Positions 9,008 through 18,876 are shown, numbered from the stretch's first letter. The stretch: 64,000 bases of DNA from Candidatus Collierbacteria bacterium (GCA_016219325.1 JACRNH010000002.1:3862-67861), one strand, 5' to 3'. The notes: generated by a model from the letters alone, not told the origin. Made by a program: numbers and translations.

Positions 9008-10162
9008 TTACTTTCTCAATAATTTTCTCTTCTCAAGCAACGGTTTCAGCCGTTCGTCATGGCGGATTGTATTGATTAAATCGGCAAAGTCGCTGTCCAA
9101 CCGTGAGGCCTGTCTTGGATCATGAAGATCGATTTTTAGTTCTTCCAAAGGGTTAATTATTTGCGGGGGTTCGGAAAGAATTATATGTTTGATTTCAACG
9201 TGGTCATGCGGTTTGATCACCCTGATATCTCCGACTTTAACTTTAATACTGGTTCCTGCCGGTTTAATTTTATCAGGTAAAGCAAGTCCCATTTGAGCCA
9301 GTAAATGAAGTGAGGCCTTCATCGCAATTTGGCCAGCTTCGGTTATAGGGAAAAATTTCCGGCCGGTTTTGTAATCGGTGATTTTGACAAACCTTTCATT
9401 GTCCGGCATGTTAACTTTAACAAGATTATCAGGAGCGGCGGAAAATGAAGTCCTGTCCCGAAATAAAAGAGTATTAAGTCTCGGTTCGCTAAGACTTCCC
9501 CCGGGACCATAATCTGAAGAAACGATGGTTTGACTTTGACGTTGATCCATTAGTAGGGCTACGGCGTTAAATATCGTTTGATCCATGTTCCGTTTATCCC
9601 ATTCAAGCGCGAAATCATCGTTTTCCTCTCCAATTTCCGTTTCGGGCAAAGGTAAATTAACCGTAAATGGAGAATTTTCTCTTGCGTGATGAACAACTCT
9701 GGCGGCAATATTCATAGCAATTGATTTATGGGCCGGAGCAAAAATGTCTCTGGCGCTGTGTAAATTGGGATGGGCGAGTTGACTGTCGTCTAATAGCGCC
9801 AACGCCAATCTCACAGGTTGTTTTTTTTCAGTCGGAGCCATTCTGGCCGCGAGCTTAACCAGATTATGATGATGGAGTTGAGCAACTTCATGAGTTTGGG
9901 CCGGTTGGACGGATGAATTTATGTCAATTAACTCGACTGCCAGATGCAACAATCTTCCGGCTTCTATGGCAATTTTTCTATCTGTTGAAGGTTGAGAAAA
10001 TTGTTCTATCGGAATTTCCGGATGTTCCATAGCGTGGGTTATAATTTCCAGCCTTGAAGAAGAGAGGGGAATTAGCGGTTCGCCTGGGCGGCAGAGTTTA
10101 ATCCTGACAATGTCAGGCTGATCGGTCAGTTCTGGTAGCGTGTACTGAAACGCTTCAGGCAT
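9008..10162 (-). CDS. hypothetical protein (His-rich, possible metal-dependent hydrolase)
   Basis: 384 aa with several His clusters (HAMEH, LHHHNL, VHHARE). No firm family assignment. Confidence 0.3.
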   Translation of the reverse strand: MPEAFQYTLPELTDQPDIVRIKLCRPGEPLIPLSSSRLEIITHAMEHPEIPIEQFSQPSTDRKIAIEAGRLLHLAVELIDINSSVQPAQTHEVAQLHHHNLVKLAARMAPTEKKQPVRLALALLDDSQLAHPNLHSARDIFAPAHKSIAMNIAARVVHHARENSPFTVNLPLPETEIGEENDDFALEWDKRNMDQTIFNAVALLMDQRQSQTIVSSDYGPGGSLSEPRLNTLLFRDRTSFSAAPDNLVKVNMPDNERFVKITDYKTGRKFFPITEAGQIAMKASLHLLAQMGLALPDKIKPAGTSIKVKVGDIRVIKPHDHVEIKHIILSEPPQIINPLEELKIDLHDPRQASRLDSDFADLINTIRHDERLKPLLEKRKLLRK

Positions 10163-10198
10163 AGGCTCTTTCCTGCTAGTATATAATATCGTAAATTT

Positions 10199-10462
10199 AT
10201 GAAAAAATTTTCAAGTGAAAATCCGGGAACTGTCGAAGTTTTCAAAGATCCGTTTACCGGGTATTGGGAAGTTCGACCGCAAAAAGCAGGGAATGGTTAC
10301 GGCGATTTGGCGGAAATAAACATTGACTGTTTGACGATGATCGGTCATCTTGATATGCAGCCGGATACGACAGACAGGGGTGATTTTTTGTCTTCATTAA
10401 GTGAGCAGGCGCGGCAGAAAGAATTGCTGGAAGATCTAAAAAGAATAATGGGCACAGGCTGA
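10199..10462 (+). CDS. hypothetical protein
   Basis: 87-aa ORF. Confidence 0.25.
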   Translation: MKKFSSENPGTVEVFKDPFTGYWEVRPQKAGNGYGDLAEINIDCLTMIGHLDMQPDTTDRGDFLSSLSEQARQKELLEDLKRIMGTG

Positions 10463-10472
10463 AAATCACCTC

Positions 10473-10500
10473 TTGACAAAGTTCCAAGATTATATAATAA
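10473..10500 (+). promoter_or_regulatory. sigma70-like promoter upstream of AbiEii
   Basis: TTGACA (10473-10478), a 17-nt spacer, then a TATAAT-like element (ATATAATAA), about 10 nt before the ATG at 10511. Confidence 0.35.
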
Positions 10501-10510
10501 TAGTTATATT

Positions 10511-11185
10511 ATGATTGATCATATCGCTGCGGCCAAGATAGCGGTTGATTTGGGAGTCAGCCCGGAAGTGGTATTGATGGAAGCTTACCAAATGTTGATT
10601 TTAGACGGCTTGGCTTCGACTCCATTTTCCAAGAATTTGGTTTTTAAGGGCGGGACTTGCCTGCGATTGGCGCATCAGTCCTTCCGGTTTTCTGAAGATT
10701 TGGATTTTTCCATGTTGAAACCGATAACCTTTTTAAATTTCAAGAGGGGGATTGAAATAATTGTCAATAAATATCCGGAAATAAGGATAGAAGATATATT
10801 TGATATGAAACAAACTCTGTTCGCAAAATTAATAATTTCAGTGATGGGAAAAAAAGTCGGGATTAAAATAGAAATTTCTAAACGGAAAGAGCCGTGGCGC
10901 AGAGAGAACGATTATAAATTGAGATTATTGCAGTCTTCAACCAGCGGCTTGAATCCGTTGATATATTCCGCAACTTTGGAACGGATATATTCGGATAAAT
11001 TAACAGCAGTTAAAAACCGTAAAAAACCGCGGGATTGGTTTGATTTATGGTTTTTGTCGCAAAAATTGAATAAAAAATGGCGGAAAAGAATTCCTTTGTC
11101 CAGAAAATTAATGTTGGACAGAGTCAGATTTTTATTGCCAAAATCGAAACGGCTGATTTTGGAGGAATTTCAATATGAAAATTGA
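10511..11185 (+). CDS. AbiEii/AbiGii-family nucleotidyltransferase toxin (DUF1814)
   Basis: VFKGGTCLRLAHQSFRFSEDLDFS matches the AbiEii nucleotidyltransferase core. Confidence 0.55.
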   Translation: MIDHIAAAKIAVDLGVSPEVVLMEAYQMLILDGLASTPFSKNLVFKGGTCLRLAHQSFRFSEDLDFSMLKPITFLNFKRGIEIIVNKYPEIRIEDIFDMKQTLFAKLIISVMGKKVGIKIEISKRKEPWRRENDYKLRLLQSSTSGLNPLIYSATLERIYSDKLTAVKNRKKPRDWFDLWFLSQKLNKKWRKRIPLSRKLMLDRVRFLLPKSKRLILEEFQYEN

Positions 11186-11741
11186 CGTTTTTTTGAAAAC
11201 CATTAAAGAATTCCCAAAGCCTTTTTATAAACTAGTGGATTTTGAGAAAATTTTTCATCAGAATAAAATCACGATTCAAAAGTCTATTGAGAGATTGATT
11301 AGAGTAGGAGTGGTTGATCGCTTGATAAAAGATGTTTATATTTTAACTGATAAATCAGTAGATTTAACAAGCATAGCTTCGGCTCTTTACCAGCCAAGTT
11401 ACTTAAGTTTTGAGTCGGTCCTTTTTAAGCATGGAATTATAAATCAACCGCCGTTTGGAGCTACTTTCGCTACTGCCAGAAGATCAAAAAAACTGGATTT
11501 AAGCAACGGTGAGTTTTGGTTTTCTCAAATTAAGCCGGCATTGTGGTGGGGATTCGAGTTGCAAGACGGTATATATGCGGCTGTTCCCGAAAAAGCCATA
11601 GTTGACATGTTGTACTTAAGAAGTTTAGGCCAAAGGCTATTTGATACGGATGAATGGTATTTGAAGTCTGTTGATAAAAAATTATTAAAGTCGTATTTGC
11701 AAAAAGCTAGAATTCCATGGGCCAAATTTGATTTAGTTTGA
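11175..11741 (+). CDS. AbiEi-like antitoxin-domain protein
   Basis: YILTDKS...SYLSFESVLFKHGII resembles the AbiEi_4 domain. It overlaps the AbiEii stop, though gene order is the reverse of the usual antitoxin-then-toxin arrangement. Confidence 0.4.
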   Translation: MKIDVFLKTIKEFPKPFYKLVDFEKIFHQNKITIQKSIERLIRVGVVDRLIKDVYILTDKSVDLTSIASALYQPSYLSFESVLFKHGIINQPPFGATFATARRSKKLDLSNGEFWFSQIKPALWWGFELQDGIYAAVPEKAIVDMLYLRSLGQRLFDTDEWYLKSVDKKLLKSYLQKARIPWAKFDLV

Positions 11742-12649
11742 CGTATTATGATAAAATTCGTGCCATGAGTTTCAAAGAATCAGTAGAGGGTTTGGTTGGC
11801 GTTGCCGCAAAAATTGCGAAATTAGGAATAGAAGAAAAAACTCCTCAACCCCGTTTGGTTGAACCAATGTCGTGGCAGGAAGTAGCTCGATTGAATGTTA
11901 ATACAAAATTGGAACGGCAGGATTTTTTACCTGGCGACGATGGGCTTTTATATTTGAAAAATACAGAAAGCAATAGAGAATTAATTGATAGGTTGTATAC
12001 AAGTTATTTATCGAAAACTGGAACGACTCCAATTGTCAGAACTAAAACTTTTAAAAATGGCCAAACTGTGATTGATCTGCCCTTGCTCCACGCTCAAAGG
12101 GAAATTGCTTCCAGTCCGGAGTTTCGAGTCAGAATTCCAGAATTATACGGCGCAGAGCCAGACGAAAAAGGAGAATTGGATTTTTGTAAAATCGGTTTAG
12201 AGAACCAAGAATTAATGGCTAAATTTGCGCTTGCCCAAATACCCTCGATTCATATCCAGGAAAGGCTAGAAAGATCAGCAACTTTTTCAGGAAGAATAAA
12301 AAATGTTGAAGAGGATGCGATCGGCGCAGTAAAAGTTGTTGTTCCGATAGTCGCGAGTTTCACTCTAAAACTTGACAAAGAATTGCATCAAGAACTTAAA
12401 GTTGCTTCAGGGCAGATTGGGGGAGTAGCTAGTGAAAGTGCCAAACAATTGGGTACTAAAACAATAAATGTTTTGGGTGAGGCGAGTAAGCGGGCAATGG
12501 AGATTGGGGATGATAATAAACAAGTTGATTTGATTACCGATGTTATCGCTAGATTGGCAGTAATCGGCCTTAAAGGAAGCAAACAAAATAGAGTTGACTT
12601 TGTGGCGAAGTTTACGAAACTTCACATCATCTTATTTGCCGTTTCGTAA
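11738..12649 (+). CDS. hypothetical protein
   Basis: 303 aa; the C-terminal tail is encoded by a GAAGTTTACGAAACTTC palindromic repeat. Confidence 0.3.
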   Translation: MTYYDKIRAMSFKESVEGLVGVAAKIAKLGIEEKTPQPRLVEPMSWQEVARLNVNTKLERQDFLPGDDGLLYLKNTESNRELIDRLYTSYLSKTGTTPIVRTKTFKNGQTVIDLPLLHAQREIASSPEFRVRIPELYGAEPDEKGELDFCKIGLENQELMAKFALAQIPSIHIQERLERSATFSGRIKNVEEDAIGAVKVVVPIVASFTLKLDKELHQELKVASGQIGGVASESAKQLGTKTINVLGEASKRAMEIGDDNKQVDLITDVIARLAVIGLKGSKQNRVDFVAKFTKLHIILFAVS

Positions 12650-12743
12650 ACTTCTGACCGATTCACGAAGAAATTTGACTTCGGGTTTTTTAGTGGTATA
12701 CTGCTCGTCACATATCTAATGTGTAAGTTTTTGACTAATATAT

Positions 12744-13661
12744 ATGAAAGCAACAAAAGCAGAGCTAGGTTTAGGTCTTAATCCAGCAGTTGATTTAGGA
12801 GTCGATTGCTCTATTGGCATTAGCGATCTCAATGAAGTGGTTTTTGATGCTGTGGGCCAAGCTGCCATTGCCGGAGTTGATTTTGCCGGTAAACATAGAG
12901 GAACAATAAAAGGATTGGTATTAGGATTTGGTTGGGCAGGATTAATAGCTGCTGGCGGGAAATCTCCAGAAAGTACTCCGTCAGCGGGAATTATGGAAAC
13001 AGTTATAAACAACCCTTTTTGGGTTATGGCTGCCTGGGGGGCCGCAGGGGCGATTTATGGAGCGTTGTATTCTTCCGTTAGAGGAGTTGAGGCATATCGT
13101 AGACAGGAAAGATATTTGTCAGGAGCTCCTACAGAAATGATAAGGGCTAACAGTGAAGCATATTTAAGAAATACTCTTGACAAATTAGAAAAGCAGGCAG
13201 AAAAAGAAGCGAAAGCAGAGGCTGCAGAGTCTGGTGAGAATGATCCAATAAAACATTCTCAACGAAAAACCGATATCCTTGCAAGATTGAGATTAACCAA
13301 TAATGCCTTTGCCCCTGTTGATCCATTGGAAAAATCTAGACCAATAACATTAAAAACCATCGGAAGAGAAATTTTTAATACAACTATTGCGGAGGGGTTT
13401 GAGGGATTGGATATTGGAGTTAAGCTAGCGTTGGTTCCAGCTTATTATGCTACCCAGTCCCAGCTAAATACAAGTCTTATTCTTGAGGCTCAAAAAGCTG
13501 GCGCCAACTATCAAAAACTGATGGATATGGTTTTAGCTAATAACGCTCAGACGATTGGAGTTGTAATTTTGGCTTCTGCCGCCCTTATCGCAGATATTAA
13601 AACATCGATTCAACAACGGGCGATGAAATTTCTTTCCCCAATAGGGCAACAAGAAGAATAA
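12744..13661 (+). CDS. hypothetical membrane-associated protein
   Basis: Gly/Ala-rich hydrophobic segments (GLVLGFGWAGLIAAGG, FWVMAAWGAAGAIYG). Confidence 0.3.
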   Translation: MKATKAELGLGLNPAVDLGVDCSIGISDLNEVVFDAVGQAAIAGVDFAGKHRGTIKGLVLGFGWAGLIAAGGKSPESTPSAGIMETVINNPFWVMAAWGAAGAIYGALYSSVRGVEAYRRQERYLSGAPTEMIRANSEAYLRNTLDKLEKQAEKEAKAEAAESGENDPIKHSQRKTDILARLRLTNNAFAPVDPLEKSRPITLKTIGREIFNTTIAEGFEGLDIGVKLALVPAYYATQSQLNTSLILEAQKAGANYQKLMDMVLANNAQTIGVVILASAALIADIKTSIQQRAMKFLSPIGQQEE

Positions 13662-13671
13662 GTCTCTGTTT

Positions 13672-14511
13672 TTAAGTTAAATCGAAGCTTTCTAGTACTC
13701 GTTTATTTACAAAATATTTCGAAGCTTTTATTTCGCCTTCTTTTTCAGCAAGAACAACTGCTTGGACAGAAGCTCTATTTGCGTAAGCTTGCTTTTTAGC
13801 ATAGTCAAGATTTGCCTGCGGCCTTTGATAGAGTTTTTCTACTGCACTTTTAAAGCGATTAGATCCAAAAATATCTTCCAGTTCAGCTAAACGGCTAAAT
13901 TCGGTAAAAAGTTCAACAGAGGCCTCTTCCGTATCGAGTGTTGAAACAAATATTGGGCGTGGTTTGCCAATGGTATCTTCAACTACCTGAACAGTGCCAT
14001 TTTGGAGTTTTTGCTGAAAATCTTGTTTAACCCTTTGCAGCTCATCATATAAAATCTCTACTCGAAGATTAATTTCCGGACAAATACGGTTACCAATGTC
14101 TAACTGGCGGTATCTAACATGGAAGCTGGCTTCGCTAAGTTGGCTTAGTTTTCTTTGGGTTTCCGATTCTCTTCTGCTTGGAGGAATAATCACATTAGCG
14201 AAACCCTCTGATAGCGAAACCGCAACTGCCAAAAATGGTTGAGTTACTAAAAGGTTTGTTGTAAATTCCAAATCTCTTCCGGGAGCAGATGCTATTTCGC
14301 TTAATCTTAGATTTGTTTCGGCTTCTTTGTTTCTTAATAATCTTGATATTTTTTGGGCAGCGGTTTCAATCCTAGGGGATTTTACCGGGGCGGTAGTTTC
14401 TGTTGGCGATAGGAAAGAAGGGGGAGTTGTCACTTTCCCCAAGCCTTTAATGACCATAGATCTCGGTTCACACAGAGTTAGTTCGGTTTCTCTTTCTATT
14501 AGAGGTTTCAT
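13672..14511 (-). CDS. hypothetical protein
   Basis: 279-aa ORF. Confidence 0.3.
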   Translation of the reverse strand: MKPLIERETELTLCEPRSMVIKGLGKVTTPPSFLSPTETTAPVKSPRIETAAQKISRLLRNKEAETNLRLSEIASAPGRDLEFTTNLLVTQPFLAVAVSLSEGFANVIIPPSRRESETQRKLSQLSEASFHVRYRQLDIGNRICPEINLRVEILYDELQRVKQDFQQKLQNGTVQVVEDTIGKPRPIFVSTLDTEEASVELFTEFSRLAELEDIFGSNRFKSAVEKLYQRPQANLDYAKKQAYANRASVQAVVLAEKEGEIKASKYFVNKRVLESFDLT

Positions 14512-14633
14512 GCTTTTGGCTATTATTCCTAATCATGGGTATAATAGATAGATACAGTTTATATTATACCACTTTTCCCTCATCCAGCCGTGATTTGAGC
14601 CTTTATCACCTTTTCAACCTGGCTTTTTACGTT

Positions 14634-14972
14634 TCATCCATTGGATCCAGGAAGCGAGAAGTCAAGCATCCCCGGAAGAATTATCACGCCCGGTGATCCG
14701 CCGTCGCCGAGTGAGGCATCAAGATTTAGCCCATGAAATCCAAAGGATAATCTGTTAAGCGATTCGTCTGTCGCGACAACTACTCCTTCTTTAAACTTAA
14801 ATTTAGCATTGAAGCAATTCAATTTTGTTTTAAAAACTTCATCACCTTCAACGGAAAATCCACTGGGAAACGGAACAATCAGCACTTCCCCATTTTTTTT
14901 GCTATCCACATAGCGCGTGGCTTTTTTAAGATATACCGTTTTACCGTTTTTATATTCGATTAAAGCCCCCAT
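14634..14972 (-). CDS. hypothetical protein
   Basis: 112-aa ORF. Confidence 0.25.
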   Translation of the reverse strand: MGALIEYKNGKTVYLKKATRYVDSKKNGEVLIVPFPSGFSVEGDEVFKTKLNCFNAKFKFKEGVVVATDESLNRLSFGFHGLNLDASLGDGGSPGVIILPGMLDFSLPGSNG

Positions 14973-15174
14973 AGTTAATCTATTCTATTGATTCAAAATT
15001 ACCCTGCAACAATAGCATGCAAGCGTTTATTTCACAATAACTAAGTTGTGCCATTATTTAGTCTATATTCTAAACTTATATTCTAAATTTTCTATTCTAC
15101 ATTCTATATCTTAAATTCTGTAGTTTAGATTTTAGGCTATAGTTAGTTTCAGTTTTAAATTTAAATTGAGATAA

Positions 15175-15262
15175 GTTATCAATACTTTCGTCCTTCAGCA
15201 GAAAAGTATAGAGAATATTGTCAATACTTCAATCCTCCAGTAGAGAAGTATTGACAATTATT
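15175..15262. promoter_or_regulatory. pair of hairpins upstream of the PaaX-like gene
   Basis: Perfect 13-bp inverted repeat TTGTCAATACTTC / GAAGTATTGACAA with loop AATCCTCCAGTAGAG. A second hairpin (ATACTTT / AAAGTAT) has the related loop CGTCCTTCAGCAG. Confidence 0.5.
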
Positions 15263-15288
15263 ATATTAACTGAAACAATGGTCTAGAA

Positions 15289-16125
15289 ATGGGAAGAGGT
15301 CTAAAAACATCTAATTTAATATCCAGAATTACCGGAGAATTGACCACAACCGCAATGGATTTAGTGGTTTTAAGCGCAGCGTTTGGCGGTGGATTAATTT
15401 TATTTGGCCCAAGCGGTAAAGATCTTTATACTGATAAGAAATTAAATGACGCTTTACGAGTTAGTTCTTTAATGTATAAAAAATGGAATAAATCATCATT
15501 CCGGAGGGCGGTCGGGCGGTCCATAGGCAACGGGCTATTAAAAAAAGTCGAATATGGATTTGGACTGACTGTGGATGGGGAAAAACGGTTGCGTACAATT
15601 TTGCCTGAATATAAACGGTCAAGACAATGGGACGGAAAATTATGGTTGATCGCTTATGATATTCCGGATAAAAAGAGAAGGATCAGAGATAAATTAAGAA
15701 AATGGTTGCTAGAAATTGGTTGCCGGGCGTTGCAGGAATCAATCTGGTTATCGATTAAAGATCCGACGTCTTGGATTAAAGATTTTGTCGCCGGAAATAA
15801 AAAAGGGAGCATTATCGTTTCTTGTTTAGGAAAAGATGGAAGCGTTGGCGGAGAGACTTTGCCTGAATTATTGGACAGAGTATTCGGACTATCTAAATTA
15901 AACAAGGAATATATAAAATGGATTGAATCATCGGAAAAAAATCTAGACAATGAAGAAGGAAAAATTGGGTTGGCGTTTAGATATTTATTTTTATTGCGTC
16001 GTGATCCAATGTTTCCGAAAGAGCTATTGCCAAAAGATTGGGTTGGCGATAAAGCCATGGATATTTTTGACAAAGAATATCGTTCAGAATTGGATATTAG
16101 TCAATATCTGAATATTCGAGAATAA
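15289..16125 (+). CDS. PaaX-family-like transcriptional regulator
   Basis: QWDGKLWLIAYDIPDKKRRIRDKLRKWLLEIGCRALQESIWLS matches the PaaX core (WdG.W...........R..LR..L...GFg.L..g.W). Confidence 0.45.
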   Translation: MGRGLKTSNLISRITGELTTTAMDLVVLSAAFGGGLILFGPSGKDLYTDKKLNDALRVSSLMYKKWNKSSFRRAVGRSIGNGLLKKVEYGFGLTVDGEKRLRTILPEYKRSRQWDGKLWLIAYDIPDKKRRIRDKLRKWLLEIGCRALQESIWLSIKDPTSWIKDFVAGNKKGSIIVSCLGKDGSVGGETLPELLDRVFGLSKLNKEYIKWIESSEKNLDNEEGKIGLAFRYLFLLRRDPMFPKELLPKDWVGDKAMDIFDKEYRSELDISQYLNIRE

Positions 16126-16139
16126 GTTTATTGAGAAAA

Positions 16140-16185
16140 TTGTCAATACTTTAATCCTCCAGTAACGGTCTATTGACAGTTTTGA
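16140..16185. promoter_or_regulatory. third copy of the conserved-loop hairpin downstream of the PaaX-like gene
   Basis: TGTCAATA...TATTGACA with loop AATCCTCCAGTAACGGTC. It could act as a terminator, an operator, or both. Confidence 0.4.
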
Positions 16186-16296
16186 GTTAATTTAACGGAA
16201 GGATAGATCTTTTGTTTTTTTGGGATAACGCTAATGTGGGGGGAATGGTCGAAGTGGTAAAATGCAAGACAGATTTGTTTGTAGGAGATAAAGAAA

Positions 16297-16641
16297 ATGT
16301 CTAAGAGTCCAGATTTTGATAGTCCTGAATTTTTAAGGTTAAGCGCCGCGAATTTATTTGTTCCGGGAGATGAGGGGCAAAAGAGATTGGCAATAGAATT
16401 GTTGGCTAAGGCGGGATTTCATCCGGAAAGACATAACGTTGGGGCTACTAGAATTGAAAGAATAGATGGCCAAGATGTTGTTCTGAGGGGGGAATTTATC
16501 GCCATTGCCGGTTTGGGATTGGAAGCAAACGTTGAAAAAAGAGCTCAAAAATGTATGGAGGCTTTGGGAATTGCCGGAGCAAATACTCAATTGCTTTGGG
16601 CGACTTCAAGTTTAGAAATTTTTGATATTAGAAGAACCTAG
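16297..16641 (+). CDS. hypothetical protein
   Basis: 114-aa ORF. Confidence 0.3.
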   Translation: MSKSPDFDSPEFLRLSAANLFVPGDEGQKRLAIELLAKAGFHPERHNVGATRIERIDGQDVVLRGEFIAIAGLGLEANVEKRAQKCMEALGIAGANTQLLWATSSLEIFDIRRT

Positions 16642-17237
16642 CCTCTTTTTTCCCGCATCCTCTGAAAGCGTTGCAGTTCATACGGCGAACGGAATCCTCC
16701 CGTTCCATTGGTTAATACGCTTAACCGGAAATTGGAAGGGGTTTGATGCAACTGCTGCAATCTGATAGCATGCGCAGTTCTTGAATCAACAATTTTGTGT
16801 GTGGCCGTAAGCGGTCGCATTCCGTGAAGAGGAACTGTAGTTTTTTGCTTTTTAGCGGATAGGAGAGTTCGTCTGGTTTCAGATATTACCCCAGCCGCTT
16901 CCTCGATTAAACTACCGAGATCTAAAATTATTGACGCTTCAGTATCATTTGGATGATGAGGCCGGAATTCTGCGCCTCGGAATATTCCGCCTTGGGCCAT
17001 TAAAATTCTGGATTGTCTGGAATATGGCGATAAATCAATTTGATGTTTTAGAGGGGTAACCGTTAGCCTTCCCAATATTTTTCTTCTGTCCGGAGCAACA
17101 ATTAAAGCTTGAACTAAAATGCCATCGCCCAATTCATCCCCGAATAAAGTTTTTCCGGTTATAGGGTCAATCAATCTTTGGTCTTCAGGATCAAAGTCGG
17201 GGATTTGCTCGTGGATTAATTCTCTGGTTCTGGCCAC
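16638..17237 (-). CDS. hypothetical protein
   Basis: 199-aa ORF. Confidence 0.3.
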   Translation of the reverse strand: MARTRELIHEQIPDFDPEDQRLIDPITGKTLFGDELGDGILVQALIVAPDRRKILGRLTVTPLKHQIDLSPYSRQSRILMAQGGIFRGAEFRPHHPNDTEASIILDLGSLIEEAAGVISETRRTLLSAKKQKTTVPLHGMRPLTATHKIVDSRTAHAIRLQQLHQTPSNFRLSVLTNGTGGFRSPYELQRFQRMREKRG

Positions 17238-17258
17238 GAATTTATTGTATCAGGTTAT

Positions 17259-18797
17259 TTAACCTTTTTTCGTTTGAAGAAAATCAATAAGAGACCTTAG
17301 ATCAGTCGGCTTAAATTTATTAGAAATTCCTCCATGCATTTTCATAGCATCTAGAATGCCGGGGAGTTTCTCGATTGGAATTTGCCCAAAAGGCTTCAAT
17401 TTACCCTTTTGTGTTTCAGGAATTTCAACTGTTCGTGATTCTAATAACTCCTGGATAGTCGAAACTCCCAATTTTCTAGCTATATTGGCAACTTCAAGCA
17501 CAGTGTTAGAAAAATCGTCTTGAACATCATCGAACACACCCCTTCTTTTTTTGGCTTTGTTACCCGGCGCTCCCATCTCTTTTGATAGTCTTTGGCCAGT
17601 TGCTTGCTCAGCAAAAGAAACGATATCTCTAGTTTTCCAGACGCCATTTCTGTCAAAAGTTAATGCATCTGTTAAAACTGCCAAATCTAGTGTTTGTGTT
17701 TCTTTTTTTAACGGTTTCAGATCAAACGGCCGGGCATCGCGGCCGGCCATTTTCGTAACCGGAGCAACTTCTTCGGGTTTTGCTACTTGAAATATCGGTT
17801 CTTCTGCAATCGTAATTTCGACAGGAGCAGGGACAGTGGCTTTGAGAGCGTTAACTAAGATTATCAAGCTTTCCCGATCTTTTAAGTCTTCTCCCGTAAC
17901 GGCGCCTTGCGCCATTAAATCTAAGGCATGATCTACGGTCTCTTCGTTTAATTCGAGGCGCAACTCGGTAGCTAAAAACCTTGGCATTGTTCTTATAACA
18001 TGAGCTTTCAACATTGGTTTTCCGGAAGTCTTTTCTAGCGTCGATAGGTCTATTCCTCTTTTTACTAAAAGGGCGTTTAAATCAACGTCTTCAGGCATAG
18101 TCAGAGTTTGATATTTACGGCGTTCTTGCAATCTGGCAACAATTTGATTATTTATCGGTTCATCCGGTCTGGTAAAAAGAGAGGCCATCTTTGTGGTGGC
18201 GTCATCAACAATTTGATCTAGATTATTCGCCTGAAGGGCGTTTGATTTAATGGTTGTAGGAGATTCGGCAATAACCGGCATGGTCGATGAAAACATCGCG
18301 GCCAAAAATGTCGGGGGGATTGGCCGATCTCCGTACCTTTCTATTACAGAAGTGAATCCCGCCTCCAATTTGCCGGAGTGTGTTTTGGCATTTTTTAACT
18401 GTTGAGCTTGAAAATCAAGATCTTCCAACGCTTCGGAAATTTTAAGTCTTTGGGTTTCAAGTTGAGTGAGTGAATTTCTATAAGAAGCGGTCTCGGCCAA
18501 TATTGTTTCTGGTGCAATGTTCGGTTTTGTAATTTTGTCTCTAAAATCAGCATCGGTATTTGTGATTTGCCCGGCTATATTTTCAGCGTCCGCGGATAAT
18601 AAATTTATTTTTCCGGTTGTATCAGTTTGAGCCAGCTTAAGTAAAGCTAGGTCTTCTCCAAGCATCAGTCCGAGAAGTTGGCCAACGGTCGGCATTTCTG
18701 TATTTAATAATCCGGTTAGTTTCTCCTGAACCACAGGTTTTCTAGCTGGAAGATACTGTTCAAGGTTTAATTCTGCTGGATTTGGTGATTTAGCCAT
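17259..18797 (-). CDS. hypothetical protein (large)
   Basis: 512-aa ORF, no motifs recognised. Confidence 0.4.
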   Translation of the reverse strand: MAKSPNPAELNLEQYLPARKPVVQEKLTGLLNTEMPTVGQLLGLMLGEDLALLKLAQTDTTGKINLLSADAENIAGQITNTDADFRDKITKPNIAPETILAETASYRNSLTQLETQRLKISEALEDLDFQAQQLKNAKTHSGKLEAGFTSVIERYGDRPIPPTFLAAMFSSTMPVIAESPTTIKSNALQANNLDQIVDDATTKMASLFTRPDEPINNQIVARLQERRKYQTLTMPEDVDLNALLVKRGIDLSTLEKTSGKPMLKAHVIRTMPRFLATELRLELNEETVDHALDLMAQGAVTGEDLKDRESLIILVNALKATVPAPVEITIAEEPIFQVAKPEEVAPVTKMAGRDARPFDLKPLKKETQTLDLAVLTDALTFDRNGVWKTRDIVSFAEQATGQRLSKEMGAPGNKAKKRRGVFDDVQDDFSNTVLEVANIARKLGVSTIQELLESRTVEIPETQKGKLKPFGQIPIEKLPGILDAMKMHGGISNKFKPTDLRSLIDFLQTKKG

Positions 18798-18876
18798 ATT
18801 TTTTGTATGTTGATATAAACGATAAATTTTGCTATTGTATCGGGTATTATAATAGTTTTAATAAAGCTGTCAACCT

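Noticed and set aside
15600-15760. Cas2-like motif (WLIAYDIPDKKRRIRDKLRKWLLEIGCRALQESIW) suggesting a CRISPR-associated gene
   Set aside because: No CRISPR array or other cas genes occur anywhere in the window. The whole-protein pattern (the W-D-G-x-W core followed by the R..LR..L...GFG-like segment) fits the PaaX regulator family better.
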